Of a DNA stretch of 64,000 nucleotides, positions 40,877-56,435 are shown one piece after another (positions within the stretch are counted from its first letter, which is position 1; the number at the start of each line of letters is the position of its first letter). The notes beneath the pieces were generated by a model that saw only the letters and a program-made list of their open reading frames with translations, had not been told where the DNA came from and did not search any database. Made by a program: the position numbers and the translations under genes. The stretch is from Octopus sinensis (taxonomy: Eukaryota): positions 41,850,001 to 41,914,000 of the forward strand of contig NC_043003.1 in NCBI RefSeq assembly GCF_006345805.1, in the 5' to 3' direction.

Positions 40877-41183
40877 GGAGGCACGATGGCCCAGTGGTTA
40901 GGGCACGAACTCGCGGTCGTAGGATCGCGGTTTCGATTCCCAGACCGGGCTTTGTGAGTTTTTATTGAACGAAAACACCTAAAGCTCTACATGGCTCCGG
41001 CAGGGGGTGGTGGCAATCCCTGCTGTACTATTTCGCCACAACTTTCTCTCACTCTTTCTTCTGTTGGCCTGCTTGCTCAGCCAACGGGGTGACGTCATTT
41101 GAAGGCTAAAACAATGCGAAGCGCCTTGTGATCAGCGATGTGTAGCAACATCTGATAGCCTGGTCGGTCACGTGATCACGTGA
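40877..41183 (+). mobile_element. tRNA-derived SINE family C
   Basis: A box TGGCCCAGTGG (from 40886), B box GGTTTCGATTCC (40929-40940), non-tRNA body and tail CACGTGATCACGTGAT. It does not fold into a complete cloverleaf. Confidence 0.8.
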
Positions 41184-41379
41184 TAGATATATATATATAT
41201 ATATATACTAGACTACATGTGACTAGTTGCTCACCTGGAAAGCCTGAGTTTCGCAGCAACAGAGATTTGTTTCGTGTTTTTTTTTTTCTTTTCTAGATTA
41301 TTTCGCATGCTTTCAACGAATATGACGTTCGAAATCACTCGTAAATGGCTTCTTTTCCCCAGAAAAGAAAGATTTGTCA

Positions 41380-41474
41380 GCTATTTCTTCCACGCCCTGC
41401 TACCAGGTAACAGGTATTTCGAATCATTTATCGCAAATAGCTGTTACGTGGTAGCAGGGCGTGATCGAAATAGC
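41380..41474. other. 95-nt long hairpin (pre-miRNA-like, or micro-MITE)
   Basis: Paired segments 41380-87/41467-74, 41391-405/41449-63 (15 bp perfect), 41407-13/41441-47, 41415-19/41435-39 and 41420-22/41431-33, with an 8-nt loop. Confidence 0.6.
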
Positions 41475-41709
41475 AGCCAAGTCTTTGGATGTGAGATACG
41501 TTGAATGCACACGAAAAATATTTTGTAATGGTATTCCTTCGGGGCGATCTTTTGCGTCGACTCTCAGAACTGTCAACCAGATAAACTGCTTTTCTTCGTT
41601 AATTTCGGTAAATCTTATTTATTTCTTTTGTTTTAAAGTCAAAGAAAGGAAATGGTGAAAAATGTATGAACTGCATATGAAATAAACGTGTTTGTGTGTA
41701 TGTGTGTGT

Positions 41710-41754
<45 letters not shown>

Positions 41755-41933
41755 GGTCACTTACATATACACGAGAACACACACGTTCACTCACTCATTC
41801 ACTCTCTCTCTCTCTCTCAATCTTTCTCTCTATATATATCTCTCTTACACACCCACATATGCACACGTGCATGCAAAAAAAGTGTGCGTATATGTATTGA
41901 TGTATGTACATGACAACACACCTCTTCACTCGC

Positions 41934-41965
<32 letters not shown>

Positions 41966-42892
41966 ATTCTCACTCTCTCTCTCTTTTTCTCTATACTTTT
42001 CTTTTCCTCTCTCATTCTCTTTCAGAGCCACGTCCATTTCATACACACGTAAAAAAAACATTGACTTTCTTCTCTCTTTCATTTTAAAATATAAATAAAT
42101 AAAAAAAATTACGAAAATTAGCAAACTCCTGATGACAAGCGAAAGGTTGCCATTCACTTGAATAAAAATTTTTAAAATACGTTTAAATATTGTCTGTTTA
42201 AAGAAAGCTAAACTATAAATACTTACTTTACAAACAACTTACATTTTTGAATTCACATTCAGTTAAAAATATTTCTAAATGATTTCTAAATATTGAGTAC
42301 GTCAAAAAGTAGAGGTCTTTTTTGAGAGTGTGAAGACTGTGTGTGTTTATGTCACAGATAGCGGACGTGTGTTTGTGTTGATTGATATTCATGACATTCA
42401 ATATATGTGTGTGTATTCTGTATGTTTGTCTCTTTTCGTCAAGAAATAACAAGCAAAATGTCTGTTAAATCATTTTCATTAATAATAGAAGTCCAGATAT
42501 CACAAAAATTTGTACTGCAGAGCCGAAGGTAAAAATTAAAATATATATGTAAATAAAAATTAAGATGACGTATACCATTTCTGAGATATTTCGGATAAAC
42601 ACAAAAATCTCTAGAGTTTTGGTACTACTAAGATATACATACGTACATAAGTACTTATATACATACATACGTACATGACTGCACACATAATACATACATA
42701 CATACATACTTACTTGTGTGTATGTGTGTGTGTATATGTGTAGTTATGCATTTTCTAAATCTAAAACCAAGACTACTATCTGAAAAGAATACCAGAAACA
42801 GTCTAATAACTTAAGTGAAGGATCCTTGGATCTAGGCTAGAAACCGGCTCTTTCTCTGTTGCAAAAAAATCTTGACATAAAACTCAATAATG

Positions 42893-42978
<86 letters not shown>

Positions 42979-44479
42979 GTCATTACCCGCTTCAGGGAAG
43001 CAGGTGTAAAACAAATCGCATTTTCTTACATTTCCATACAACATAGCGTGTAGGAAAATACTAGTATTTTGTTACGACCTTCAACTGAACGTAATATTTT
43101 GAAGTGTGCACCGTTTCCATAGTGCTGCAAAGTTCTCTCTATACTCATAGTAAGAGTATATCTTGCCTCCACTGTTTCGCTGAGCTGTAGATCGCATGAA
43201 GACAGGAATGTATAAAATTTAGTCATAGTGTTTTGAGCGAAACCAGGACATGGCTGTCTTTTATTCCAATTAATCTGTCTACCTCAATTTACTCCTGAAT
43301 TAGTTTGGAAGCAGATGAATATATACATATAGCCAGATTATCCTTATGAAGTAGTTGAATACATTTAGTATGTGCGATCTTTTTCAAAATACACATCGGA
43401 AAATTATGAGAAAAATTCAGTCTGCAATTAATAACAAATTACCACTTCCGTGAGTTAAGTTTCATAAATATAATGTTTTGTTTATTTCGTAATAGATAAT
43501 AGATTTATTGGAAGATAAGTGAAATGGTAGGATATTTTTCTTTATTTTTATGGCTTTCACCTTAAATTAAGATAACCAATAAAAATGATTTGATATTAGG
43601 CTTATATTTATGAAACAAAGTCTATCCCAAAGAGATAATGCATAAATGTTAACGTAATTAAAATATTAATAATTTGTATTCGCTTATTGGTTTCGCCTAA
43701 AAAAATCAAACAAATTTCTAAATTCAGAACAAGATGCAAGGTGAAACGTTAGAAATAACAACCAAAGTTCTTACTGATGAAAATAGAAGTAGGTGTATTG
43801 TGTAGTACACCAAGGGAATGGTGAAAACTCTGTAATGGGTAAACCTGTATGTTGATCATAAACACTTCTAAACTCTAAGTTTTCTATTGTGTTACTAGTC
43901 ACAGGGAAGGACGAAGGCATTGCTATGAATAACGCACTACCTGCAAGATAGAGGCTCTGGAACATTAAAACACCTTTGTGTGATGGAGGGCAACCTGTAA
44001 ATTTTGAGAACCCCTCGATAACCAACGTTTTACCTCGGTCCCGAAGCTTACCCACAGCAAGTATATAACTTACTTATATAGAATAGCATCCTATATAAAA
44101 TAGAGTGTTGCGTTTAATATTTTAGAACGCATATACTTCAAGATAGCCTTGAATACTTTAGGTTTTTTTTTGTTTTGAAAAATGCTTAAGGTCACTTACA
44201 CGCATAATTTGTAGATATATCATCCAGCCGACCATACTTGCATGTTGGCTGTGGTGAAAATGATGTATCCAGTTTGTTTCCCCGTGTCTCTCATCCAGAA
44301 TTTCTTACATTTCTTTCTGGATGAGAGCCCATCAATTTCATATTTGAATGAAAATATGAAATCTAAGCTACCCCGAGCGCTATAGTTTTAACTATTTTTC
44401 ACAGTTCCTTTTGAATCATTCCCAGTTTAGACCCGGAATGAGTCTCCTGTAAGCAACCGTTCAGTAAGCTATTTTAGTA

Positions 44480-44716
44480 TTCTTTTATTCTTTTACATGT
44501 GTCACTCATTTCACTGCTGCCATGCTGGATCACCGCCTTGAAAGGTATTTAGTCAAACAAATCGATCTCAGGAATTATTTCTAAGCCTAGTACTTATAAT
44601 ACTTATCCGATCAATTTCTACTTTCGAGACAACAAGTTACGGGGATGTAAACACACCATCACCTGTTGTCAAGTTGTAATTGGGTCTAAAACACACACAA
44701 CACATACTTACATACC

Positions 44717-44764
<48 letters not shown>

Positions 44765-44912
44765 ACGGGCTTCTTTTAGTTTCCGTCTATCCATTCTACT
44801 CACAAGATTTTGCTCGGTCCGAAGCTATAGTAGACATGTACTGAAATTCTACGCAGAGGGGCTGAACTCGGAACCATGTGGCTGGGAAGCAAGTTTCTTA
44901 ACACACAACCAC
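44480..44912 (-). mobile_element. SINE family A with internal (CA)/(TA) microsatellite
   Basis: Reverse complement of tail (CCATGCTGGATCACCGCCTT), body and head (GAACCATGTGGCTGGGAAGCAAG); microsatellite at about 44690-44760. Confidence 0.8.
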
Positions 44913-46214
44913 CATTTCATGATACAAACACAACACATTCCGTATAATGATCCTTCGTTTGCGCGCACGGCGTTCCTGTTCCCAAGCACGAGGGAATACT
45001 TAGTGATTGATGCAGTGATACGACACATGGTATCATGTATGTAAGCGTGGATGCGTTTTTACATTTCAGACACACAGGGAAAAAATACATATAGTCAATT
45101 GTCGTAGCTTAATAAATGTATGTGTGCAGGCTGTTAATTCATTTATTAAGGACGATTTTGAGTAAGCGTCAGAAGATTCTCGCTAGCGTTATGTGCATTC
45201 GGAACATTTCCTGTAGTCCGTTCTGTAACATGTTGCACACAGGTAAGCCATAGCAGTATAACTTCCTACTGTTGTAGGTTTTTTCTCCACTGGTTTTATG
45301 AACCATTTAAAGTGCCATAGGCTCTGCCTTTCCTACTTCAAATGTAGTCTTGTCGTCCAAGTAATTTTTATGTGAATTAATGTTTGTAGTTGTCACTGTT
45401 TCTTTTGTTGGTGTTTAACTCTAGTTCACCCTAATCGAGCACATCTATTACGAAAACTGTTATCATACAGTGATATTCATATACGTAGGGAAATTTTGAT
45501 TGCGTTGCGCATTGTGTCACATTCTAACACAATGTTAATGGCAGTAAAATTGGGTGCTATGTCTTGCAAGCCGATCGACTCCGTGCAGGCTTCTCATTGA
45601 CACGTCTTAATATTCGTGTAAAATTCTAGTGATAACCTAAAGCAATACCGATTATATATATTTATTACTTTCTTTATAGTCGTCCATTGCATTCGCTACA
45701 TTCTCACCTATCATATAACATTTTACTGTTTCATATGTCATTTTGATAAATTTATCAATGACCAGTGGTAGCACGGATGCGAATTATCATTTGGTCTTTG
45801 TTACATATAAGAGTGGAAAGAGTTGGTAAATAAGAAAAGGTTATATAGTCACATTCTCTTGTCACTATTTCGTTTGAGCTTGCTTTCATTATTTATCGCC
45901 ATGTCAGCTCTGATTGTGCAGAAATAAGATCAAAGATCTCCACGCTTTGACATCGTCTCACATTCAATTCTTATGCTTTCATTTCGTTAACACATTGGCT
46001 TTTAAAGTTTTGAGGAAGTTTTGGCTGCTACTTTCTCTCAAGTCCTGAAACCGTTCGAAGGTTCCGTCGTTCATTCGTAATCATTAAAGGTGTCGTTTAA
46101 TTTTTGATACCAAGGTGGGACGGCATTTCTTTTCTTTTTCAGAATCGTGATGTAAGAATAAGCACCACAACCACCACCGAAACGCCAACAAACCGCCACG
46201 TCCACCTTCACCCC

Positions 46215-46850
<636 letters not shown>

Positions 46851-47218
46851 CATTTGCTAGTGAATTAAACATGATAAACAATTTCGTCTTCATAACGGCT
46901 GTGTGGACTTTTGCGGCTATAATTCGGGTCAACAATGTTTAATTCATCCGGGCTATTGATTAATTGCGTTGGCGATCGCACGAAAAAGAGTTTCTTTATT
47001 ATAGCGCCAAGCTGGCGCGCCATATTGTTTTTAAGTTTCCATCTTTAACAATGAAACAAATGCCAGCAAATATATCTACACATACTGGTATGGAAAATAT
47101 ACATGTGCATACAAAATTGGGAATACATAAACACACACGCACACAACAGATATACACTCACAATCATGCACACACTTATACACACACAGGCACGAATTTG
47201 CTCTCGGACACACACACT

Positions 47219-47315
<97 letters not shown>

Positions 47316-47619
47316 TTGTCACAGGCATATGCACGTAAGCATACACAAACACGAGGAGAGATATAAATGGACGGATTTTATTTTCGTTTTATAAACAACC
47401 AAAAATATATATGCTGTTATATATGTCAGTATATATATATATATATACTGACATATATATATACATATACATATATATATATATATACTGAGAGAGAGAG
47501 ATCGGTGCTTAACTATATATATACATATCACAAATACGTACTGCATTTACACACACACACATACGCACACACACATGTATTTGTGCTTGGTGCATGGATA
47601 CACACATACTGACACCCAT

Positions 47620-47745
47620 ACATACATACATACTACATACATACATACATACATACATACATACATGCATACATACATGCATACATACATGCATACATAC
47701 ATACATACATACATACATACATACATACATACATACATACATACG
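47620..47745. repeat. (TACA)n microsatellite
   Basis: Directly visible. Confidence 0.95.
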
Positions 47746-48529
47746 AACCTACATACATGCACGCATACACATTAAAAACATACATGAAATTTAAAACAAA
47801 TATAAACAATGTCTTTTCTGTACAAACAAGCATAGCGTGTGATTGTCTGAATGTCTCTAAGTGTCAATGTTCAGCACGAATTATCATAGCAATATAAACA
47901 GCTATAAAATTATGTTCCTCTATTGGTTATCTCGATATTTATTATATATACTATTAATGTGAAATCCAAATACAAATACTTCATATGAGATAATATGTTC
48001 TGACAGAGACTCAACGTATAAAGACATATCGAGACGTTATTGATAATAATGAAAATTTTCATTGGAATTTTCTTTCGTTTTGTTTCATCTTTCTGCTTTT
48101 CAATTGAATCAGTGACATCACAATTCACACTAGTAACTGTATCTTCACACGTTATCGATGTATTTATTTTACATTCGTTTGTTTATTTCACTACTTTTCA
48201 CTGTTTATCGATTTGCAGATCGATTGATGGATTCATTGATTCATTGATTCATAGATTCGGTGATTCAGAGAAAAGCGTATTTTCCCTTAGGCTCGTCTCG
48301 CTATCTCGCACACGATACATACACACGCGCATGCATACATACATTGTTACATGTATGCATATATGCATATATACATACACATACGTACACACAAACACAT
48401 GTACATACACAAACTTACAGAAACTGACACTTTTATGTCTGCCTATAAGTGCGTATGCATGTATGAATATATATGAGTATATGCATAAATATACAAATAT
48501 ATAAATATAAATATATTTCTTACCAACAA

Positions 48530-48650
48530 CATGGCCCCGGGTTCAGTCTACTGTGTGACACCTTCGGCAGGTGTCCTCTACTATAGCCTCGGTCTGACCA
48601 ATGCCTTGTGGATTTGTTAGACGGAATCTGAAAGAAGCCTGTCGTGTATA
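48530..48650 (+). mobile_element. SINE family A partial (B-box region and body)
   Basis: CATGGCCCCGGGTTCAGTC..CTACTATAGCCTCGG..GACGGAATCTGAAAGAAGCCTGTCGT. Confidence 0.75.
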
Positions 48651-49268
48651 CGTTTTGGCCCATCCGCTGATGAGAACTTCACCTTGAAAATTATTTTATT
48701 TGCTAATTAAAGTTCAAAACCTAAGGCCCGGCTATAAAACATGGTAAATGTTTCTATTTTTCATTCCCTTCGAAATTGCTCTTAACTGTGGTTTGGACTT
48801 TATGACTATTCCTTCTAGTATGTTAGAAGACCTGTTAAGGCTCGCCTCATTGTGTTTAAATGTACACCCGTTTTTTATATATGAAAATTATATCTATTGA
48901 CTTTGTATACATGCTAGGCCACTGGTAGAAAATTTCCTATAGTTTTTGCTACGCTGTATTAATTTTAAGAAATGATTCTAGCAATTACTGAAATTTAATC
49001 GGAATTATAATTTTCTACTGATTCAAACTGCGCTTGCGCGGAGGATTTGAAAAATTTTAATACATAAGCATGAGGCACGTGTTATTTTGTCTCAATGTTT
49101 TGACCTATCAGCTGATGAGAACTTCGCCTTGCAAATTATTTTATTTCCTAACTAAAGTTCGAAACCAAATAAGTGTTTTATTATTCATTACCTTCGAAAT
49201 TGCTCTTAACTGTGATTTGGACTTTTTGACTGTACCTTCTAGTATATTAGGCGCCCTGTAATTGTACA

Positions 49269-49270
<2 letters not shown>
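48651..49270 (+). repeat. Two direct repeats of about 170-200 bp, 445 bp apart, each with a hammerhead-like core
   Basis: CTGATGA-GAACTT..AAGTTC-(G/A)AAAC at 48667 and 49112. The shared downstream CCTTCGAAATTGCTCTTAACTGTG..TTGGACTTT confirms the repeat. Confidence 0.6.
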
Positions 49271-49307
<37 letters not shown>

Positions 49308-52134
49308 ATATAACATAATATACTATAATATAATACAATATAATATAAAGAATATATAAATATATGCATATATGTACATACCTACATGTAGATGTATATA
49401 TACATGCATATATGGGTACAGGACATCTACAAAACGTTGAACACAGTGAGAAACGAAAATATGAAAACAAAAACATGGAAACGAACTTTTTTCAAAAAAT
49501 AAAAAAAAACAGAGGAACGAGACATACAACTCTAGGAATATTACACTTCTTCAGTTGTTCCTGTTTCGTCTACTCTGCGTTTTCGAAGGTAAGGACAAGA
49601 CGCGACTTCGTTGAAACAGTCCTTCCCGCAAAGCAAATTAAATAAAATTTAGGATATTTTGCAGAGGGGTAAAATTGGTAAAAAGAACGGGACAGTAAGA
49701 CATTAAAAACAAAACAAGACATTAAAAACAATACAATTAAAAACAGTAAAAGACAGGACAAAGAGAATAAAAATAGTAAAAACAAACGATGAAGGCTGTT
49801 AAGCCAAGGCGACGGAGACATTATTTTGAGCGCATTAGGAAAACTGATTATGAGAGGGATAGGATAAGCCGTCTTGTCTCGGGGAAGATAGCAGTTAGAA
49901 AGATGGCTGACCTCTGGGCACGTGTCAGAGATTTATTATTGCTGCAGACAGTTTTTCGAAATCAGTGACGGAAGTTAATGGAAAAACAATAAATAAATAT
50001 TTGCAAACAGGTCTCCCTTCATCGAAAACCGGTGATTGCCGTACGCCGAAGACAGGCAAATGCCTAGAAACTGCAGTCCGTGCGTATCACTTAGGTTTAC
50101 GAGAGAGGGATGACCTCCCTTTGCAAATACCATAAGGGCACAGACAGTGTGCCTAAAGCCAGCTGGAGACGATGATCTCCTGGGGCTAAAAGCTACAGTA
50201 ACACCCACCCTTAGTGGTTAGCCATATTGAGATGGCTAGTATACTTTAGATTATAAATAAATAAATTTACACATATAAATCACACAGATACACACACACA
50301 CATACAATTGTGTATGTTTAGTAAAAATTCAAATAATTTTACATTAATCTTATGAGTTACTCTAGACCTTTGCAGAGTACAGCTTTTTTTATTATTCTTT
50401 AACAAGGATATTATTGACAGTGAGTTGGAATTTTCGAAACACATATATACACATATATACACAAATCCACGCACAGATACGCGCGCACGAACACACACAC
50501 ACATGCACACACACACACACACACTCAGATAAATATATGTACGTATAAAATTTCACAAGCACTTGCACGGTCGCACACACAAACAAATAGATACACATAC
50601 ATGTACAGGCTTTATTTTCGTTTTATATATACTTACACACAAGTTTTATATATATATATACTTACACACACGCATACACACGCATGCACAAACACCAATG
50701 AATATTCATATACACGTGTGTATACTTAGATGTATACATACATACAGACAGAGAGACTCATACGTGTATATTGGTTATTATCGACAGAATCATAATTCGT
50801 TCAAAATCTATATATCTTACTCAATGAAGATATGTTACTTAAAGGCTGTAAAACTTAGGTATTCGTCTCAAGAAAGCATCTCAGTTTATTCTATTAAAAA
50901 CATTGAGATATATTATTTTTAGACGAAAATTGTCCAATAATGTACGGTGGCATGGCTAAGTATAGATTTCTGTTTCCTTGAGCTTCGTCAGTGCTAGTTA
51001 TCAACTGAGACCACCTGTTAACCGGCATTTGGCGGTTACTGATATAGTTAAGCCGTGGTGGGAAAAACACAGAATTTAGTCAGCAGGTTGAATGATACTT
51101 TCATGTTAGCGACAGACCCTGTATAAAATGCAAACTAGAGGTTTGTTTATTCCACGTGCAAAAGATATACTTTTGAGTCTGGTAAATGGTGTATTTGTCT
51201 GCAGAAAGCATCTCTTACAGACGTGTAGTGTTAAAAAACAGAAATATATCGATTTTCGTTATATATGTATGCATACATTCATAGATACAGACACTCACAT
51301 GTCTATATATATGTATATATATATATATGTGTGTGTGTGTACGCACGTGCATCTGCATGTGCTTAGCCACATACATGCATATACATGCACCCAGTTAAAC
51401 GGAGAGGCAAAATTGAGACCACGAGCACAAGGGCGTGTGAAAACAGGAGACAGAAAAATAGGAAAGAGAGAGGGTGTGTGTGTATGTTGTGCGTGTATTT
51501 GAGTATGTATATGTTTGTGTGTGCGTGATTGAATGGATTTGAGTCAGTGGGATATCTCTGGGTTTACCTGATCATTGGAATATTGTTAGAACAGAAAGAA
51601 ACAATGAATACATAGAGCTTAGCTTGAATGTCCCTAGCTTATACACACACATACACAGAGAAGCAGACACATACACACACACATACACATGCACATGCAA
51701 ACATACACACACACATACTCAAATAAATACAATGTCATATACACATACATAAATAGGTGACTATTTGTCTGTCTGCCTCTATGTGTAATTATTTGTAGTA
51801 ATGCTATTCACGTTAAACAAATGATTCGTTACAAAATCTGCTTCCAAATATTAGCATTGTTGCTTCCGGTCTAGTGCTGCCATGTACCCTCTCGCCCTCA
51901 CCTTTACTATCACTCTCAGCTAGTCGCACTCATTATCACCAGCCCTGTGTCTATTCTGTGCACCACTCTTATTTCTCGCATTGTTTCAATATCGCCCCTA
52001 CCTTTACCAAACGTGTAGCAATATCCATGCTTTTGTCTTGAACAATTATCATGGCACAAAAGAAAAAATAGATACTGTAGACACAAAACATATAAAGAAG
52101 AGTAATTAAAAAAAGTAGTAGAAATAATAACAAC

Positions 52135-52190
<56 letters not shown>

Positions 52191-52626
52191 AGTGATGAAT
52201 ATACTAGTATGTAAAAATCAACCATTGTCTTTCTATTTCTTTCCCTTCTCAAAAAAAAAAGTTATTTGCGTTTTCCTTTGTCTAATTTGGATATGTTCTT
52301 ATAAGATATTTAGAGATGAAAACAAAAAGAAAAGAAAAGACACCTCTGTGTCCCAAAGACATTGCAAGAGTTATGTATCGTCCAACATAGGGATGTAGCA
52401 AATATTTTTAAAATTTTGTTTTGTTTCCTCTATTTTTTTTCTCTTCCTTTGTGTGACAAGAAATCAAAGGAAACGTGTTCTGAATATATACCTTTATATA
52501 ACCATGTATAGTAGCAAAAATACACACAAGTCTCGTAGCCTTCCTCATACGAATGCCTTCAGTGTAGCAGTGTTAGATGCTTGTATTATCGTATACATTT
52601 ACATAGACGCGTATCATGTGTGCGTG

Positions 52627-52662
<36 letters not shown>

Positions 52663-52693
52663 GTGTGTGTGTGTGTTGTGTGTGTGTGTGTAT

Positions 52694-52750
<57 letters not shown>

Positions 52751-52794
52751 TGGAGGGGTAAAGAGATAAATGCACACACGCACAGACACATACA

Positions 52795-52837
<43 letters not shown>

Positions 52838-55409
52838 CGTGAGTGATCGGAGCGTGTAAGAGATATGTATATGTGTATGCATCTTTATATAACAGCTGTA
52901 TGAATGTTTATATATTTGCATATATGCGTATGTGTATTCGTGTATCATGTTTAATCGCAAGTGTTTTTCTTCATCCACCAGTAGCCTCACCACTCACACA
53001 TACGCGTGCGCACGCTGCTGCCGTTCGATTTCTTTTATTGGTCAACTTACATCGCATGTTAACACAAACCGTTACCTCTTCTGCATACTATTATTCCCCG
53101 TATAGATTACTTCCGCTTGACATGGTGTAATTAGATAGTTTATTCTTGGAGTTACTAATGAGTAGCGATATCTGGCCTTCAGGTTATGGCCAAATGTTGC
53201 ATCGGTTCGAATCGTGATTGAATATATTTAACTTTCAATTACTTTCCAATTTCTTCCGGAAATCAACTGCATAATTTTCATAAACTCGTTTCACCATACT
53301 TTTTGTAAATATACGTATGTGTGTGTGTGTTAGCATGTATATGTATACACATATATATATCACCTTCGAGGTGTTTGATGACACTTCATTATTAATATAT
53401 TAACTCTCTTCAAAACAATTAAAAGAATTTTACTTTTTCCAGCTTCCCACATGACAGCGAAGATACTAATAGAGAAAATGAAGACATAGTACATTGCTAC
53501 CATATCTACAGAACACAGAGATCAAGAATTTGTCATCACTCTAAAAGTTGCAAGGTTTTTGCTAAATAAAGTTCGGCTGGTTTCGGAGGACTTTGGTAGG
53601 AATGATTCAAAGACACGCTGATACATACACTCTAACACATACGCACACACACACATACACATACACACACGCATACGCGCGCGCGCAAACAAGCACACCA
53701 AACACACACACGGGCTTAAATCATTCTAAATGTTCACCCAGTATTATGACTCCACAATTCATCCCACAGATTGAAAAGTTTATCGATCTTAATCCCGAAA
53801 AAAATGAATTAGGCCATCTCCAAAAGAACCATACGTGTCTGAGTGGACTAACACTACTGTAGTGCCAGAGAACATTTAAATCGTATGTGCTAAATGCAGA
53901 TCAATTCAAGACACAGGAGAACCTAAAGAATCATGACAATGTAAATTTCTCACAAACATAGTTTACCATTGATCTTCCCTGGTGACAAAACATTAACCAA
54001 GTTCAGAAGTCTATCGGGACACATGACAGATGGTCATGTCCCTTGATGACCTAGAGTGACATGCACTAAGTATTCAGTATTCAGCAATTTGGTAGTTTCA
54101 AGAGTGGTGAGTAACGAACTTCATGTCACTTTAAATTTTTCCACAGCGACATAGAGTTACCACTACTACATATGTAGACGTGTTGGTGACGTTTGTTAAG
54201 TGATGACTAGATGGTGTTTCCAAAGAAATCCAGACATATTTCAACAAGCGCATTCACACAAAATCCACAATAGCATATCAGACCAAGCGTCTGGCCTCCA
54301 AATTCATCAAATTTAAATACTATGGATGACTACATTCAAACCATGTTAAAAAGGATACTAATCAATATCCTCAGAATATCATAGATTCACCAAATGCCGC
54401 CATTATCCAGATGTTGTACGGAATGGATGAGGACCGTTTGTGTAGATTGATTGGCTGTATGCGAGATACATAAAGCAAAATTAAGAAAAGTTAACAACAA
54501 TATCAGAATTATATAAAGGCAGTTAGAATATTACTGCCCCCTGAGAGACAAGATGAATAGATTCTGATGATTACGAACTGGGATCAAATTTCTTGTCAAT
54601 ATAGTTTCTGAAGCGACCAATTAATCCAGGAGCACACAGACGTATCCGAACTCACACGCATATACACAGACATATATATGAGTGTTTGAATGCATTTTTG
54701 TGTACTCATATATTTGTAGGCATTTATGTGTAATATATATATATATGACTTAGTTACACTTACGTAACCATTTTCACGACTTTATAATTTTTGGAATGTT
54801 GTGGGAGATAGGAATCCTCGATCAAGGCAGTACTGTTATCGGCTCTAAATTCGATAATGAAAATTTTCTCTCTTTTACAGAGAAATATTGCATAAAATCA
54901 ACATCACTTGTGCTAGAGATTTACTCGTTGAGATTGCTCACGAGATCAGATGTTCCTATAATTGTATGAGTGGTATTTACGCCAAAATTTGAGGCTGTAT
55001 TACTCCAGCGAATTTGTCATACGATAATATCGTTAAAGTTTTCATGTTATGGTCGCGTTCGTATTACAAAATGAGCGATATTTACTGTGCTAATCTAATA
55101 AAGAAGTCATATAATATGAAAAACGGATTGTCGTATTAGATAACATTAGATAAATACCTTACCTGTTACGAGTGACATTAAGTTGTGTCTTTTGTCTTGG
55201 TTATTTGCTGGTGTGTGAGAATATGAAATACAATTGATTGTTATCAGCGGAACACGTGAACGTTTCAAAGAATTAATAATAAAGTTTTTCCTGAAAACTT
55301 TACACCAAAAGCTTGAAAGCGTGGCTTGTGTTTTTTGTCTATAAAAAGATAGTCGCTCATCTGCTATTCATTGACAAGTGAAGGAAATTGGAATACAATG
55401 AATATTTAT

Positions 55410-55414
55410 GCACT

Positions 55415-55500
<86 letters not shown>
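55410..55500. repeat. (TCTA)n array
   Basis: Directly visible. Confidence 0.95.
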
Positions 55501-55501
<1 letters not shown>

Positions 55502-55564
55502 ACTACTAAGTAACTATCTATCTATCTATGTTTCCATCTATCCGTCCAACTATCTATCTGTCTG

Positions 55565-55620
<56 letters not shown>

Positions 55621-55929
55621 TACATACATATATGTATATATAATTATAATTAAGTGTATCTAAAAGATACCGCCATGCTAGATATAGCAGCCAAAACTTG
55701 ACTCTAAAAAACATATTAAATGTTCATACAGTACCAGGAGAGAAGACAAAGAGACAAAATGAACTAGCAAAAACTTATTGGATAATTCCAGATCCTGGAT
55801 TTCTGGCTTTACATAAGAAAGGCTTTACCTTCATCAGTGGAATACACGCAAAATACTACATCGAGAAAACAAAAATGTTATAGTAAAAAAAAAAAATTAT
55901 ATGTAAAATATAGGGGTCTCAGTTTCACG

Positions 55930-56232
55930 GGAGTAAAAATTTAATGCAACATGGCATACTCTGAAAACCATATCGTTGGTAGCTTATAAGCGAAGGCGAA
56001 TGGGTTAGAGTCAATACACATTTCAATTTGCGTACACCATCCAATCCAATACTTCTGTGCAGACTGTGTTCTTCGTGTAAGTTCTCCCTCTTCTTTTAAG
56101 TCAGTGTTGATAACTTTAACTCTCACATCAGATAATTTGCGAGCTCTTGAGAATGCAACATATAGCTAACTATGGCCGAATACATGTTCAGGCAAGAACA
56201 GCCTCCCCCCACCCAATCAAATATCCGCCCTG
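55930..56232 (-). mobile_element. Possible hAT transposon remnant
   Basis: Terminus ..ATATCCGCCCTG (reverse complement CAGGGCGGATAT) is hAT-like. The peptide PFAFAYKLPTIWFS loosely resembles the hAT dimerisation motif. Confidence 0.3.
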
Positions 56233-56390
56233 GTGATTAATTAATAGTCTTTGCATATGACAGGCGAACAGGAAGCGTGAATGGCAAGTATGGAATGTGC
56301 ATGCGTTAAGTGATATAAAAATTACTTAATTCAATTCTTAAAAGAATTAATTTTCACTATGCACTCATGATCAACGCCACCCACATCATC

Positions 56391-56435
<45 letters not shown>

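Noticed and set aside
40877-40950. Possible tRNA gene
   Set aside because: A and B boxes are present, but there is no complete acceptor stem and the sequence continues into a SINE body and tail.
49790-50230. GC-richer segment resembling an RTE-type 5-prime end with a possible HDV-like or twister ribozyme
   Set aside because: I could not fit the nested pseudoknot or the conserved residues of either class by eye.
53700-54470. Possible RTE-clade RT remnant (similar weak candidates at 5950-6240, 18190-18570 and 20020-20340)
   Set aside because: Too decayed to support a family call without an HMM search.
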